A stretch of 64,000 nucleotides of DNA from Dicyema japonicum (GCA_011109175.1 RDEW01000051.1:56685-120684); one strand, 5' to 3'; counted from the stretch's first letter, positions 1 to 15,164 are shown. Notes: generated from the sequence alone by a model not told the origin. Program-made: numbers and translations.

Positions 1-3000
1 ATCGGTCTCAGAAAATTAACATTCTTGAAAGAGTTAAATAAGAAAATCAATGGAAAATAAGAAGATTCCACATTTTCACGAGATAGATCCCAATGAAAAT
101 TAACATTCTAAAAAGAGTTAAAAAAGAGATTCATTTCAAAATAAGATAATCGTCCACTTTAAAGATCGTTTATTGAAAAAATTATAATAATATAAAAGTT
201 AAAAAATGAGATTCATTGAAAAATATGATGAAAGACCAATTCAATAGATCGGTATTCTAGAAATTTAAATATTCTAAAACGTGTTAAATTTCGAGATTCT
301 CTTAAATAAGATGATTCTAAAATTTGAAAAGATCGGTCCCAGAAAATTAACATTTTTGAAAGAGTTAAATAAGAAAATCAATGGAAAATAAGAAGATTCG
401 ACCTCTTCACGAGATCGATCTCAATGAAAATTAACATACTAAAAAGAGTTAAAAAAGAGATTTATTTCAAAATAAAATAATCCTACACTTCAAAGATCGG
501 TTATTGAAAAAGTTAAAATAATATAAAAGTTAAAAAATGAGATTCATCGAAAAATAAGATGAAAGACAAATTCAATAGATCGTTATTTTAGAAATTTAAA
601 TATTCTAAAAATTGTTAAAATTAAAGATTCTCTTAAATAAGATGATTCTACAATTTGAAAAGATAGGTCTCAGAAAATTAACATTCTTGAAAGAGTTAAA
701 TAAGAAAATCAATGGAAATTATGAAGATTCGACCTCTTCACGAGATCGATTTTAATGAAGTTTAACTTACTAAAAAATGTTAAAAAAGAGATTCATTTCA
801 AAATAAGATGATCCTACACTTCAAAGATGGGTCATTGAAAAAATTAAAACAATATAAAAGTTAAAAAAAGAGATACATTGAAAAATAAGATGAACGACCA
901 CTTCAATAGATCGTTATCTTAGAAATTTTAATATTCTAAAAATTGTTAAATTCGAGATTCTCTTAAATAAGATGATTCACAATTTAAAAACATCGGTCCC
1001 AGAAAAATTAACATTCTTGGAAAGAGTTAAATTAGAAAATCAATGGAAAATAAGAAAGATTCGACCTCTTCACGAGATCCATCCCAATGAAAATTAGCAT
1101 TTCTAAAAAGAGTTAAAGATGAGATTCATTTCATAATAAAGATAATCGTCCACTTCAAAGATCGGTCATTGAAAAAATTAAAATAATATAAAAGTAAAAA
1201 AATGAGACTTCATTCAAAAAAAAGATGAAAACCTATTCAATAGATCGGTATTCTAGAAATTTAAATATTCTAAAACGTGTTAAATTCGAGATTCTCTTAA
1301 ATAAGAAGATTCAACAATTTAAAAAGATCGTACCATAGAAAATTAACATTCTGAAAGAGTTAAATTAAAAAATCAATGGAAAATTAAGATGATTCGACCT
1401 CTTCACGAGATCTATCCCGATGAAAATTAACTTATCTAAAAAGAGTTAAAAAAGAGGATTCATTACAAATAAGATAATCGTCAACATCAAAAGATCGGTC
1501 ATTGAAAAAAATTAAAATAGAAAAATTTAAAAAATGAGATTCATCGAAAAATAAGATGAAAGACCAATTCAATAGATCGGTATCCTCGAAATTTAAATAT
1601 TCTAAAAACGTGTTAATATTCGAGATTCTCTTAAATAAGAAAATTCAACAATTTGAAAATATCCGTCTCAGAAAATTAACATTCTTGACAGAGTTAAATA
1701 AGAAAATCAATGGAAATAAAAAGATTCGACATTTTTCACGAGATAGATCCCCAATGAAAATTAACATTCTGAAACGAGTTAAAAAAGAGATTCATTTTAA
1801 AATAAGATAATCGTCCACTTCAAGATCCGGTCATTGAAAAAAATTAAAATAATATTAAAAGTTAAAAAATAAGATCATCTAAAAATAAGAAAAGACCACT
1901 TCAATAGATCTGTAATCTAGAAATTTAAATATTCTAAACGTGTTAAAATTTCGAGATTCTCTCTTAAATAAGATGATTCAAAATTTGAAAAGATCGGTTC
2001 CATAGAAAATTAACATTCTTGAAAGAGTTAAATTAGAAAAATCAATGGAAATTAAGATGATTCGACCTCTTCACGAGATCGATCCCAATGAAAATTAACT
2101 TTCTAAAAAGAGTTAAAAAAGAGATTCATTTCAAAATAAGATAATCGTCCACTTCAAAGATCGATCATTGAAAAAGTTTAAAATTATAGAAAATTATAAA
2201 AATAAGAATCATCGAAAAATAAGATGAAAGACCAATTCAATAGATCGGTATCTAGAAATTTAAATATTCTAAAACGTGTTAAAATTCGAGATTCTCTTAA
2301 ATTAAGAATGATTACAATTTGAAAATATCGGTCTCAGAAAATTAACATTCTTGAAAGAGTTAAATAAGAAAATCAATGGAAAATAAGAAGATTCCACTTT
2401 TTCACGTGATAGATCCAGATGAAAATTAACATTCTAAAAAGAGTTAAAAAAGAGATTCATTTCAAAATAAAATAATCGTCCACTTCAATAGATCGTTTAT
2501 TGAAAAAATTATAATAATATTAAAAGTTAAAATATGAGGTTCATTGAAAAATAAGATGAAAGACCACTTCAATAGATCGGTATTCTAGAAATTTAAATAT
2601 TCTAAACGTGTTAAAATTCGAGATTCTCTTAAATTAAGATGATTTTACAATTTGAAAAGATCTGTTCCCATAGAAAAATTAACATTCTTAAAAGAGTTAA
2701 ATTAGAAAAAATCAATGAAATTAAGATGATTCGACCTCTTCAAGAGATCGATCCCAATGAAAATTAACTTTCTAAAAAAAGTTAAAAAAGAAAATCATTT
2801 CAAAATAAGATGAACCTACACCATCAAAAGATCGGTCGCTGAAAAAAATTAAATTTATATATAGCGATAAAAAATGAGAATCATTGGAAAAATAGATAAT
2901 TTGAACATTTCAAAATATCTAAAAAATAAAACTCAAAAAAGGTGTTAAAAAATGAAATTTACTTCATAATTGAGATTCAATCAGTTCAAATGGTCGATCC

Positions 3001-5300
3001 AAATGAAAATTAAATTTCTAAAAAAAGATAAAAAGTGAGATTCATTGGAAAATAAAATAATTCGACCACTTCAAAAGATCGGTCTCCTAAAATTTAAAAT
3101 TCTAAAAAAGTGTTAAAAATGATATTGATTTCAAAATAAGATAATCGTCAAAATCAAAAGAATCGGTCATTGAAAAAAATTAAAATTATAGAAAATTTAA
3201 AAAATGAGATTAATCAAAAAATAAGATAAAAGACCACTTCAATAGATCGGTATCCTAGAAATTTAAATATTCTAAAACGTGTTAAAATACGAGATTTCTA
3301 ATAAACAAGATGATTATACAATTTGAAAAGATCGGTTTATTACAAAATTATAATTCTTGAAAGAGTTAAAATTAGAAAAATCAATGCAAATTCCATGAAA
3401 ATAAGAAGATTCGACCTCTTCACGAGATCGATCCAATGAAAATTAACTTTGTAAAAAAAGTTAAAAAAGAGATTCATTTCAAAATAAAATAATCCTACAC
3501 TTCAAAGATCGGTCATTGAAAAAATTAATATAATATAAAAGTTAAAAAATGAGATTCTTTGAAAAATAAGATGAAGACCACTTCAATAGATCGTTATTTC
3601 TAGAAATTCAAGTATTCTAAAACGTGTTAAAATTCGAGATTCTCATAAATAAGATGATTCTACAATTTGAAAAGATCGGTCCAATAGAAAATTATCATTC
3701 TTGAAAGAGTTAAATTAGAAAAATCAATGCAAATTCATGAAAATAAGAAGATTCCACATTTTCACGAAATAGATCCCAATGAAAATTAACAATCTAAAAA
3801 GAGTTAAAAAAAGAGATTCATTTCAAAATAAGATAATCGGTCCACTTCAAAAGATCGGGTCATTTAAAATTAAAATAATATAAAAGTTAAAAAATGAGAT
3901 TCATTGAAAAATAAGATGAAAGACCAATTCAATAGATCGTTATTCTAGAAATTTAAATATTCTAAAAAGTGTTAAAATTAGAGATTCTCTTAAATAAGAT
4001 GATTCAAAAATTTGAAAATATCGGTCTCAGAAAATTAACATTCTTGAAAGAGTTAATAAGAAAATCAATGGAAAATATGAAGATTCGACCTCTTCACGAG
4101 ATCGATTTTAATGAAAATTTAACATACTAAAAAGAGTTAAAAAAGAGATTCATTTCAAAATAAGATGATCCTACACTTCAAAAAATCGGTCATTGAAAAA
4201 AATTAAAACAATATAAAAGTTAAAAAAAAGATTCATTGAAAAATAAGATGAAAGACCACTTCAATATATCGGTATCCTAGAAATTTTAATATTCCTAAAA
4301 AGTGTTAAAATACGAGATTCTCTTAAATAAGATGATTCTACAATTTGAAAAGATAGGTTTCTCAGAAAATTAACATTCTTGAAAGAGTTAAATAAGAAAA
4401 TCAATGGAAATTAAGAAGATTAGACCTCTTCACGAGATCGATTTTAATGAAAATTAACTTTCTAAAAAAAGTTAAAAAAGAGATTTATTTCAAAATAAGA
4501 AGATCCTACACCTTCAAAAGATCGGTCACTGAAAAAAATTTAATTTATAGATAGCGTTAAAAAATGAGAATCATTTGAAAATTGGATAATTCGAACATTT
4601 CAAAAGATCTAAAAATTTAAAATTCAAAAAAGGGGTTAAAAAATGAGATACACTTCATAATTAGAAGATTCGATCACTTCAAATGGTCGATCCAAATAAA
4701 AATTAAATTTCTAAAAAGAGATAAAAAGTGAGATTCATTAGAAAATAAAATAATTCGACCATTTCAAAAGATCGGTCTCCTAAAAATTTAAATTCTAAAA
4801 ATTGTTAAAAAAAGATTCATTTCAAAATAAGATAATCGTCCACCTCAAAAAATCGGTCATTGAAAAAATTAAAACAATATATAATTTAAAAAATGAGATT
4901 CATTGAAAAATAAGATGAAAGACAACTTCAATAGATCGTTATTCTAGAAATTTAAATATTCTAAAACGTGTTAAAATTAGAGATTCTCTTAAATAAGATT
5001 ATTCTACAATTGAAAATATCGGTTTCTCAGAAAATTAAAATTCTTGAAAGAGTTAAATAAGAAAATCAATGGAAATTATGAAGATTCGAGCTCTTTACGA
5101 GATCGATTCTAATGAAAATTAACCTACTAAAAAGAGTTAAAAAAGAGATTCATTTCAAAATAAGATAATCCTACACCATCAAAAGATCGGTCCTGGAAAA
5201 AAAATTAAATTTATAGATAGCGTTAAAAAATGAGAATCATTGGAAAATTGGATAATTCGAACTTCAACGAAATCAGTGTCCTAAAAATTTAAAATTTCTA
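1..5300. repeat. 4-mer higher-order repeat domain (~332 bp)
   Basis: ATCGGTCTCAGAAAATTAACATT-type unit starts at ~1, 332, 663, 992, 1326, 1661, 1993 and 2328. A variant block recurs at ~2830 and ~4520. Confidence 0.9.
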
Positions 5301-6465
5301 ATACGTGTAAAAAATCGAGATTTACTTAAAAATAAAATGAGACACTTTACGAGATCTATCGCAATGAAAAGTTAAAAATTCTAAAAAAGATAAAAAATAA
5401 GATACACTTCATAATTAGATGATTCGATCACTTCAAACGATCGATCCAAATGAAAATCAAATTTCTAAAAAGAGATAAAAAGTGAAATTCATTGGATAAT
5501 AATATGATCGATTAGAAATTAACTTTTCAAAAAAGAATTAAAAAGAGATTCATTTCAAAATAAGATAATAAACAACTTTAAAAGATCGGTTTCGTAAAAA
5601 ATTAAAATTCTAGAAAGATTTAAAAATTGATATTAATGTAAAATTATATGATTCGACAATTTGTAAAGATCGGTTTCTTAGAAAATTGAAATTAGAAAGA
5701 GTTAAAAAAAAAAGATTCATTAAAATTAAGATGATTCGACCTCTTCACGAGATCGATCGATTAATAAATTAATTTTGCGAAAAATAAAATTCTAAAAAGA
5801 ATTTAATAAGAGATTTATTAAAAATATGATGATTCGACAACTTCAAGATATCGAGCTATTAGAACTTTAAATTTCTAAAATAAGATAATATAAAGATTTA
5901 CTTCATAATAATATGATTCGACCTCTTCACGAGATCGATTGATTAGAAAATTAAAATTCTAGAAAAATTCTAAAAAGACATTTATTGGAAAATAAAATTA
6001 TTCCACATCTTAACGAGATTGATCGATAGAAAATTAGATTCTAATCTTAACGAGATTGATCGATAAAAATAGATTTCAAAAAAGTCAAAGGAAGTCATTT
6101 CAAAATAAGATGATTCGATTTCTTCACGAGATCGATCCATTAGAAATTTAAATTTCTAAAAAGAGTTAAAAAAGAGATTCATTTCTAAATAAAATGATCG
6201 TACAAATTCAAAAGATCGGTCCCTGAAAAAATTAAATTTGTAAAAGCATTAAAAAATGAGAATCATATGAAAATAGGATGATTCGACAATTTCACGAGAT
6301 CGATCACGATGAAAATTAACTTTCTAAAAAGACTTAAAAAATAAATTCATTAAAAATTAAGATGATTCGATCTCGTCACGAGATCGATCCATTTGAAATT
6401 TAAATTTCTCAAAAGAGTTAAAAAAGAGATTCATTTCAAAATAAGATAATACGGTTACTTTTAAA

Positions 6466-9400
6466 GATCGGTTTCGTAAAAAATTAAAATTCTACGAAGA
6501 TATAAAAATTGATATTCATTGGAAAATAAGATGATTCGACAATATGAAAAGATCGTTCCCTTAAAAAATTAAAATTCTAGAAAGACTTTAAAAAGAGATT
6601 CATTGGAAATTTACATGATTCGAACTCTTCACGAGATCGATTGATTAGAAAATTAGATTTCTAAAAATAGTCAAAAAAAAGAGAGTCAATTCAAAATATG
6701 ATGATCCTTCAACTTCAAAAGATCGGTCCCTGAAAAAAATTAAATTTATAGAAATCGTAAAAAATGAGAATCATAGGAAAATATTATGATTCGACCACTT
6801 TAAGAGATCGATCTCCTAGAAATTTAAAATACTAAAACGTGTTAAAAAACGAGATTCTATTAAATAAGATGTTTCTACAATTTGAAAAAATCGGTCCGAT
6901 AGAAATTTAAAATTCTGGAAAGAGTCAAATAAGAAAATCAATGGAAAATAGGTTGATTCGACATCGTCACTAAATCGATCCCAATGAAAATTAACTTTCT
7001 AAAAAGAGTTAAAAAGAGATTCATTTTAAAATAAGAGAATACGATTACTTTAAAAGATCGGTTTCGTAAAAAAATTAAAATTCTACGAAGATATAAAAAT
7101 TGATATTCATTGGAAAATAAGATGATTCGACAATATGAAAAGATCGTTCCCTTAAAAAATTAAAATTCTAGAAAGACTTTAAAAAGAGATTCATTGGAAA
7201 TTTACATGATTCGAACTCTTCACGAGATCGATTGATTAGAAAATTAGATTTCTAAAAATAGTCAAAAAAAAGAGAGTCAATTCAAAATATGATGATCCTT
7301 CAACTTCAAAAGATCGGTCCCTGAAAAAAATTAAATTTATAGAAATCGTAAAAAATGAGAATCATAGGAAAATATTATGATTCGACCACTTTAAGAGATC
7401 GATCTCCTAGAAATTTAAAATACTAAAACGTGTTAAAAAACGAGATTCTATTAAATAAGATGTTTCTACAATTTGAAAAAATCGGTCCGATAGAAATTTA
7501 AAATTCTGGAAAAAGTCAAATAAGCAAATCAATGGAAAATAGGTTGATTCGACAACGTCACTAAATCGATCCTAATGAAAATTAACTTTCTAAAAAGAGT
7601 TAAAAAGAGATTCATTTTAAAATAAGAGAATACGATTACTTTAAAAGATCGGTTTCGTAAAAAAATTAAAATTCTACGAAGATATAAAAATTGATATTCA
7701 TTGGAAAATAAGATGATTCGACAATATGAAAAGATCGTTCCCTTAAAAAATTAAAATTCTAGAAAGACTTTAAAAAGATATTCATTGGAAATTTACATGA
7801 TTCGAACCCTTCACGAGATCGATTGATTAGAAAATTAGATTTCTAAAAATAGTCAAAAAAAGAGAGTCAATTGAGAATATGATGATCCTTCAACTTTAAA
7901 AGATCGGTCCCTGAAAAAAATTAAATTTATAGAAATCGTAAAAAATGAGAATCATAGGAAAATATTATGATTCGACCACTTAAAGAAATCGATCTCCTAG
8001 AAATTTAAAATACTAAAACGTGTTAAAAAACGAGATTCTATTAAATAAGATGTTTCTACAATTTGAAAAAATCGGTCCGATAGAAATTTAAAATTCTGGA
8101 AAGAGTTAAATATAGAAAATCAATGGAAAATAGGTTGATTCGACAACGTCACTAAATCGATCCCAATGAAAATTAACTTTCTAAAAAGAGTTAAAAAGAG
8201 ATTCATTTTAAAATAAGAGAATACGATTACTTTAAAAGATCGGTTTCGTAAAAAAATTAAAATTCTACGAAGATATAAAAATTGATATTCATTGGAAAAT
8301 AAGATGATTCGACAATATGAAAAGATCGTTCCCTTAAAAAATTAAAATTCTAGAAAGACTTTAAATAGAGATTCATTGGAAATTTACATGATTCGAACTC
8401 TTCACGAGATCGATTGATTAGAAAATTAGATTTCTAAAAATAGTCAAAAAAAAGAGAGTCAATTCAAAATATGATGATCCTTCAACTTCAAAATATCGGT
8501 CCCTGAAAAAAATTAAATTTATAGAAATCGTAAAAAATTTTGAATCATAGGAAAATATTATGATTCGACCACTTTAAGAGATCGATCTCCTAGAAATTTA
8601 AAATACTAAAACGTGTTAAAAAACGAGATTCTATTAAATAAGATGTTTCTACAATTTTAAAAAATCGGTCCGATAGAAATTTAAAATTCTGGAAAGAGTC
8701 AAATAAGCAAATCAATGGAAAATAGGTTGATTCGACAACGTCACTAAATCGATCCTAATGAAAATTAACTTTCTAAAAAGAGTTAAAAAGAGATTCATTT
8801 TAAAATAAGATAATACGATTACTTTAAAAGATCGGTTTCGTAAAAAAATTAAAATTCTACGAAGATATAAAAATTGATATTCATTGGAAAATAAGATGAT
8901 TCGACAATATGAAAAGATCGTTCCCTTAAAAAATTAAAATTCTAGAAACTTTAAAAAGAGATTCATTGGAAATTTACATGATTCGAACTCTTCACGAGAT
9001 CGATTGATTAGAAAATTAGATTTCTAAAAATAGTCAAAAAAAAGAGAGTCAATTGAAAATATGATGATCCTTCAACTTCAAAAGATCGGTCCCTGAAAAA
9101 AATTAAATTTATAGAAATCGTAAAAAATGAGAATCATAGGAAAATATTATGATTCGACCACTTTAAGAGATCGATCTCCTAGAAATTTAAAATACTAAAA
9201 CGTGTTAAAAAACGAGATTCTATTAAATAAGATGTTTCTACAATTTGAAAAAATCGGTCCGATAGAAATTTAAAATTCTGGAAAGAGTTAAATAAGAAAA
9301 TCAATGGAAAATAGGTTGATTCGACAACTTCACTAAATCGATCCCAATGAAAATTAACTTTCTAAAAAGAGTTAAAAAGAGATTCATTTTAAAATAAGAT

Positions 9401-12400
9401 AATACGATTACTTTAAAAGATCGGTTTCGTAAAAAAATTAAAATTCTACGAAGATATAAAAATTGATATTCATTGGAAAATAAGATGATTCGACAATATG
9501 AAAAGATCGTTCCCTTAAAAAATTAAAATTCTAGAAAACTTTAAAAAGATATTCATTGGAAATTTACATGAATCGAACTCTTCACGATATCGATTGATTA
9601 GAAAATTAGATTTCTAAAAATAGTCAAAAAAAGAGATTCAATTCAAAATATGATGATCCTTCAACTTCAAAAGATCGGTCCCTGAAAAAAATTAAATTTA
9701 TAGAAATCGTAAAAAATGAGAATCATAGGAAAATATTATGATTCGACCACTTTAAGAGATCGATCTCCTAGAAATTTAAAATACTAAAACGTGTTAAAAA
9801 ACGAGATTCTATTAAATAAGATGTTTCTACAATTTGAAAAAATCGGTCCGATAGAAATTTAAAATTCTGGAAAGAGTTAAATAAGAAAATCAATGGAAAA
9901 TAGGTTGATTCGACAACGTCACTAAATCGATCCCAATGAAAATTAACTTTCTAAAAAGAGTTAAAAAGAGATTCATTTTAAAATAAGATAATACGATTAC
10001 TTTAAAAGATCGGTTTCGTAAAAAAATTAAAATTCTACGAAGATATAAAAATTGATATTCATTGGAAAATAAGATGATTCGACAATATGAAAAGATGGTT
10101 CCCTTAAAAAATTAAAATTCTAGAAAACTTTAAAAAGAGATTCATTGGAAATTTACATGATTCGAACTCTTCACGAGATCGATTGATTAGAAAATTAGAT
10201 TTCTAAAAATAGTCAAAAAAAAGAGAGTCAATTGAAAATATGATGATCCTTCAACTTCAAAAGATCGGTCCCTGAAAAAAATTAAATTTATAGAAATCGT
10301 AAAAAATGAGAATCATAAGAAAATATTATGATTCGACCACTTTAAGAGATCGATCTCCTATAAAATTAAAATACTAAAACGTGTTAAAAAACGAGATTCT
10401 ATTAAATAAGATGTTTCTACAATTTGAAAAAATCGGTCCGATAGAAATTTAAAATTCTGGAAAGAGTTAAATAAGAAAATCAATAGAAAATAGGTTGATT
10501 CGATAACGTCACTAAATAGATCGCAATGAAAATTAACTTTCTAAAAGAGTTAAAAAGAGATTCATTTTAAAATAAGATAATACGATTACTTTAAAAGATC
10601 GGTTTCGTAAAAAAATTAAAATTCTACGAAGATATAAAAATTGATATTCATTGGAAAATAAGATGATTCGACAATATGAAAAGATCGTTCCCTTAAAAAA
10701 TTAAAATTCTAGAAAGACTTTAAAAAGAGATTCATTGGAAATTTACATGATTCGAACTCTTCACGAGATCGATTGATTAGAAAATTAGATTTCTAAAAAT
10801 AGTCAAAAAAAAGAGAGTCAATTGAAAATATGATGATCCTTCAACTTCAAAAGATCGGTCCCTGAAAAAAATTAAATTTATAGAAATCGTAAAAAATGAG
10901 AATCATAGGAAAATATTATGATTCGACCACTTTAAGAGATCGATCTCCTAGAAATTTAAAATACTAAAACGTGTTAAAAAACGAGATTCTATTAAATAAG
11001 ATGTTTCTACAATTTGAAAAAATCGGTCCGATAGAAATTTAAAATTCTGGAAAGAGTTAAATATAGAAAATCAATGGAAAATAGGTTGATTCGACAACGT
11101 CACTAAATCGATCCCAATGAAAATTAACTTTCTAAAAAGAGTTAAAAAGAGATTCATTTTAAAATAAGATAATACGATTACTTTAAAAGATCGGTTTTAA
11201 AAAAATTAAAATTCTACGAAGATATAAAAATTGATATTCATTGGAAAATAAGATGATTCGACAATATGAAAAGATCGTTCCCTTAAAAAATTAAAATTCT
11301 AGAAAAACTTTAAAAAGATATTCATTGGAAATTTACATGATTCGAACTCTTCACGATATCGATTGATTAGAAAATTAGATTTCTAAAAATAGTCAAAAAA
11401 AGAGATCAATTCAAAATATGATGATCCTTCAACTTCAAAAGATCGGTCCCTGAAAAAAATTAAATTTATAGAAATCGTAAAAAATGAGAATCATAGGAAA
11501 ATATTATGATTCGACCACTTTAAGAGATCGATCTCCTAGAAATTTAAAATACTAAAACGTGTTAAAAAACGAGATTCTATTAAATAAGATGTTTCTACAA
11601 TTTGAAAAAATCGGTCCGATAGAAATTTAAAATTCTGGAAAGAGTTAAATAAGAAAATCAATGGAAAATAGGTTGATTCGACAACGTCACTAAATCGATC
11701 CCAATGAAAATTAACTTTCTAAAAAGAGTTAAAAAGAGATTCATTTTAAAATAAGATAATACGATTACTTTAAAAGATCGGTTTCGTAAAAAAATTAAAA
11801 TTCTACGAAGATATAAAAATTGATATTCATTGGAAAATAAGATGATTCGACAATATGAAAAGATCGTTCCCTTAAAAAATTAAAATTCTAGAAAACTTTA
11901 AAAAGATTCATTGGAAATTTACATGATTCGAACTCTTCACGAGATCGATTGATTAGAAAATTAGATTTCTAAAAATAGTCAAAAAAAGAGAGAGTCAATT
12001 CAAAATATGATGATCCTTCAACTTCAAAAGATCGGTCCCTGAAAAAAATTAAATTTATAGAAATTGTAAAACTCAGAATCATAGGAAAATATTATGATTC
12101 GACCACTTTAAGAGATCGTTCTCCTAGAAATTTAAAATACTAAAACGTGTTAAAAAACGAGATTCTATTAAATAAGATGTTTCTACAATTTGAAAAAATC
12201 GGTCCGATAGAAATTTAAAATTCTGGAAAGAGTTAAATAAGAAAATCAATGGAAAATAGGTTGATTCGACAACGTCACTAAATCGATCCAAATGAAACTT
12301 AACTTTCTAAAAAGAGTTAAAAAGAGATTCATTTTAAAATAAGATAATACGATTACTTTAAAAGATCGGCTTCGTAAAAAATTAAAATTCTACGAAGATA

Positions 12401-14130
12401 TAAAAATTGACATTCATTAGAAAATAAGATGATTCGACAATATGAAAATCGTACCCTTAAAAAAATTAAAATTCTAGAAAGACTATAAAAAGAGATTCAT
12501 TGGAAATTTACATGATTCGAACTCTTCACGAGATCGATTGATTACAAAATTAGATTTCTAAAAATAGTCAAAAAAAAGAGAGTCAATTCAAAATATGATG
12601 ATCCTTCAACTTCAAAAGATCGGTCCCTGAAAAAAATTAAATTTATAGAAATCGTAAAAAATGAGAATCATAGGAAAATATTATGATTCGACCACTTTAA
12701 GAGATCGATCTCCTAGAAATTTAAAATACTAAAACGTGTTAAAAAACGAGATTCTATTAAATAAGATGTTTCTACAATTTGAAAAAATCGGTCCGATAGA
12801 AATTTAAAATTCTGGAAAGAGTTAAATAAGAAAATCAATGGAAAATAGGTTGATTCGACAACGTCACTATATCGATCCAATGAAAATTAACTTTCTAAAA
12901 AGAGTTAAAAAGAGATTCATTTTAAAATAAGATAATACGATTACTTTAAAAGATCGGTTTCGTAAAAAAATTAAAATTCTACGAAGATATAAAAATTGAT
13001 ATTCATTGGAAAAAAAGATGATTCGACAATATGAAAAAATCGTTCCTTTAAAAAATTAAAATTCTAGAAAGACTTTAAAAAGAGATTCATTGGAAATTTA
13101 AATGATTCGAACTCTTCACGAGATCGATTGATTAGAAAATTAGATTTCTAAAAATAGTCAAAAAAAAGAGAGTCAATTCAAAATATGATGATTTTTCAAC
13201 TTCAAAAGATCGGTCCCTGAAAAAAATTAAATTTATAGAAATCGTAAAAAATCAGAATCATAGGAAAATATTATGATTCGACCACTTTAAGAGATCGATC
13301 TCCTAGAAATTTAAAATACTAAAACGTGTTAAAAAACGAGATTCTATTAAATAAGATGTTTCTACAATTTGAAAAAATCGGTCCGATAGAAATTTAAAAT
13401 TCTGGAAAGAGTTAAATAAGAAAATCAATGGAAAATAGGTTGATTCGACAACGTCACTAAATCGATCCCAATGAAAATTAACTTTCTAAAAAGAGTTAAA
13501 AAGAGATTCATTTTAAAATAAGATAATACTATTACTTTAAAAGATCGGCTTCGTAAAAAAATTAAAATTCTACGAAGATATAAAAATTGATATTCATAGG
13601 AAAATAAGATGATTCGACAATATGAAAAGATCGTTCCCTTAAAAAATTAAAATTCTAGAAAGACTTTAAAAAGAGATTCATTGGAAATTTACATGATTCG
13701 AACTCTTTACGAGATCGATTGATTAGAAAATTAGATTTCTAAAAATAGTCAAAAAAAAGAGAGTCAATTCAAAATATGATGATCCTTCAACTTCAAAAGA
13801 TCGGTCCCTGAAAAAAATTAAATTTATAGAAATCGTAAAAAAACAGAATCATAGGAAAATATTATGATTCGACCACTTTAAGAGATCGATCTCCTAGAAA
13901 TTTAAAATACTAAAACGTGTTAAAAAACGAGATTCTATTAAATAAGATGTTTCTACAATTTGAAAAAATCGGTCCGATAGAAATTTAAAATTCTGGAAAG
14001 AGTTAAATAAGAAAATCAATGGAAAATAGGTTGATTCGACAACGTCACTAAATCGATCCCAATGAAAATTAACTTTCTAAAAAGAGTTAAAAAGAGATTC
14101 ATTTTAAAATAAGATGATCTCAATTTAAAA
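6466..14130. repeat. 7-mer higher-order repeat domain (~590 bp, 13 copies)
   Basis: GATCGG(T/C)TTCGTAAAAAA-type anchor at 6466, 7056, 7647, 8238, 8830, 9419, 10008, 10597, 11189, 11776, 12364, 12952 and 13543. Seven ~84-bp subunits per unit; copies are near-identical. Confidence 0.95.
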
Positions 14131-14781
14131 GATCGGTCCCTGAAAAAAATTAAATTTATAGAAAGCGTAAAAAATGAGAATCATTGGAATATTAAATATT
14201 CGACGATTTCAAGATATCTGTGTCCTAAAATTAAAATTTCTAAAACGTTTTAAAAATAGAGATTTACTTCAAAATAAGATGATTTGACAACTTTACGAGA
14301 TCTATCCCAATGAAAGTTAAAAATTCTAAAAAAGATAAAAAATGAGATACACTTCATAAATAGATGATTCGATCACTTCAAACGATCGATCCAAATGAAA
14401 ATTAATTTTCTAAATAGAGATAAAAAGTGAGATTTATTGGAAAATAAGATGAATCGACTTCTTCACAAAATCGATCGATTAAACATTAAATTTTCAAAAA
14501 AGTGTTAAAAAAGAGATTCATTTTAAAATAAGATAATACGACCACTTCAAAAGATTGGTTTCGTAAAAAATTAAAAATCGAAAAAGATATAAAAATTGAT
14601 ATTCAATGGAGAATAAAGTGATTATACAATTTGAAAAGATCGGTCACTTAGAAAATTAAAAAAAAGAGATTCATTAGAAATTAAGTTGATTCGACCTTTT
14701 CAAGAGATCGATCGATAAAAAATTAGATTTCTAAAAAAAGTGAAAAAAAGAGAGTCTTTTCAAAATAAGATGATTCGATCT

Positions 14782-14904
14782 CAAAAAAAATTAAAAAAAA
14801 TATTTTTTGAATTAATTAATCAAATTATATATTTAATTTGACCAAACTAGTAATAATAGTAATAATTTTTTATAAAATTTTAGAATATGTACAATTATAA
14901 TTGA
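14782..14904 (-). repeat. ~120-bp AT-rich double-hairpin motif, copy 1 (inverted relative to the copy at 27303-28860)
   Basis: Reverse complement reads TCAATTATAATTGT...CTAGTTTGGTCAAATTAAATATATAATTTGAT...AAAAAATATTTTTTTTAATTTTTTT, matching 27303-27385 plus 28827-28860. Confidence 0.8.
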
Positions 14905-15164
14905 TGAGAACTTGCTTTAAAAATAACTATATAAATAAAAAAAATAATTTTGTAACAAATTATTTTTTTTACTATATATAAAAACAATTCTAATTGCTTC
15001 TGCCAGAGTTTTAACGTTAAGTCCAAACTAAAAAAACTACGAGAATAATCTTTCCGATTTTGGAATGAGGTTCATTGGGTATTTCTCAGAGCTGCAAACG
15101 CTTCTTAAAAAGATATTGGGAAAAAAGTTTTTTTTTTATTAATTTAAAATTAAGATCATGTAAA

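Larger units (their letters stand above)
1..14781. repeat. AT-rich tandem satellite, ~84-bp monomer (approximate consensus GATCGGTCCCTGAAAAAATTAAATTTCTAAAAAGAGTTAAAAAAGAGATTCATTGGAAAATAAGATGATTCGACCACTTCAAAA); runs off the left edge of the window
   Basis: GATCG-anchored units recur every ~83-85 bp (e.g. 1, 83, 165, 249, 332). No credible coding capacity. Confidence 0.97.

Noticed and set aside
1556-1810. 84-aa ORF in the satellite
   Set aside because: Chance open frame across one 4-mer HOR unit; neighbouring copies carry stops.
1-14781. CRISPR-like array interpretation
   Set aside because: No unique spacers and no cas genes; the whole monomer is repeated and the context is eukaryotic.
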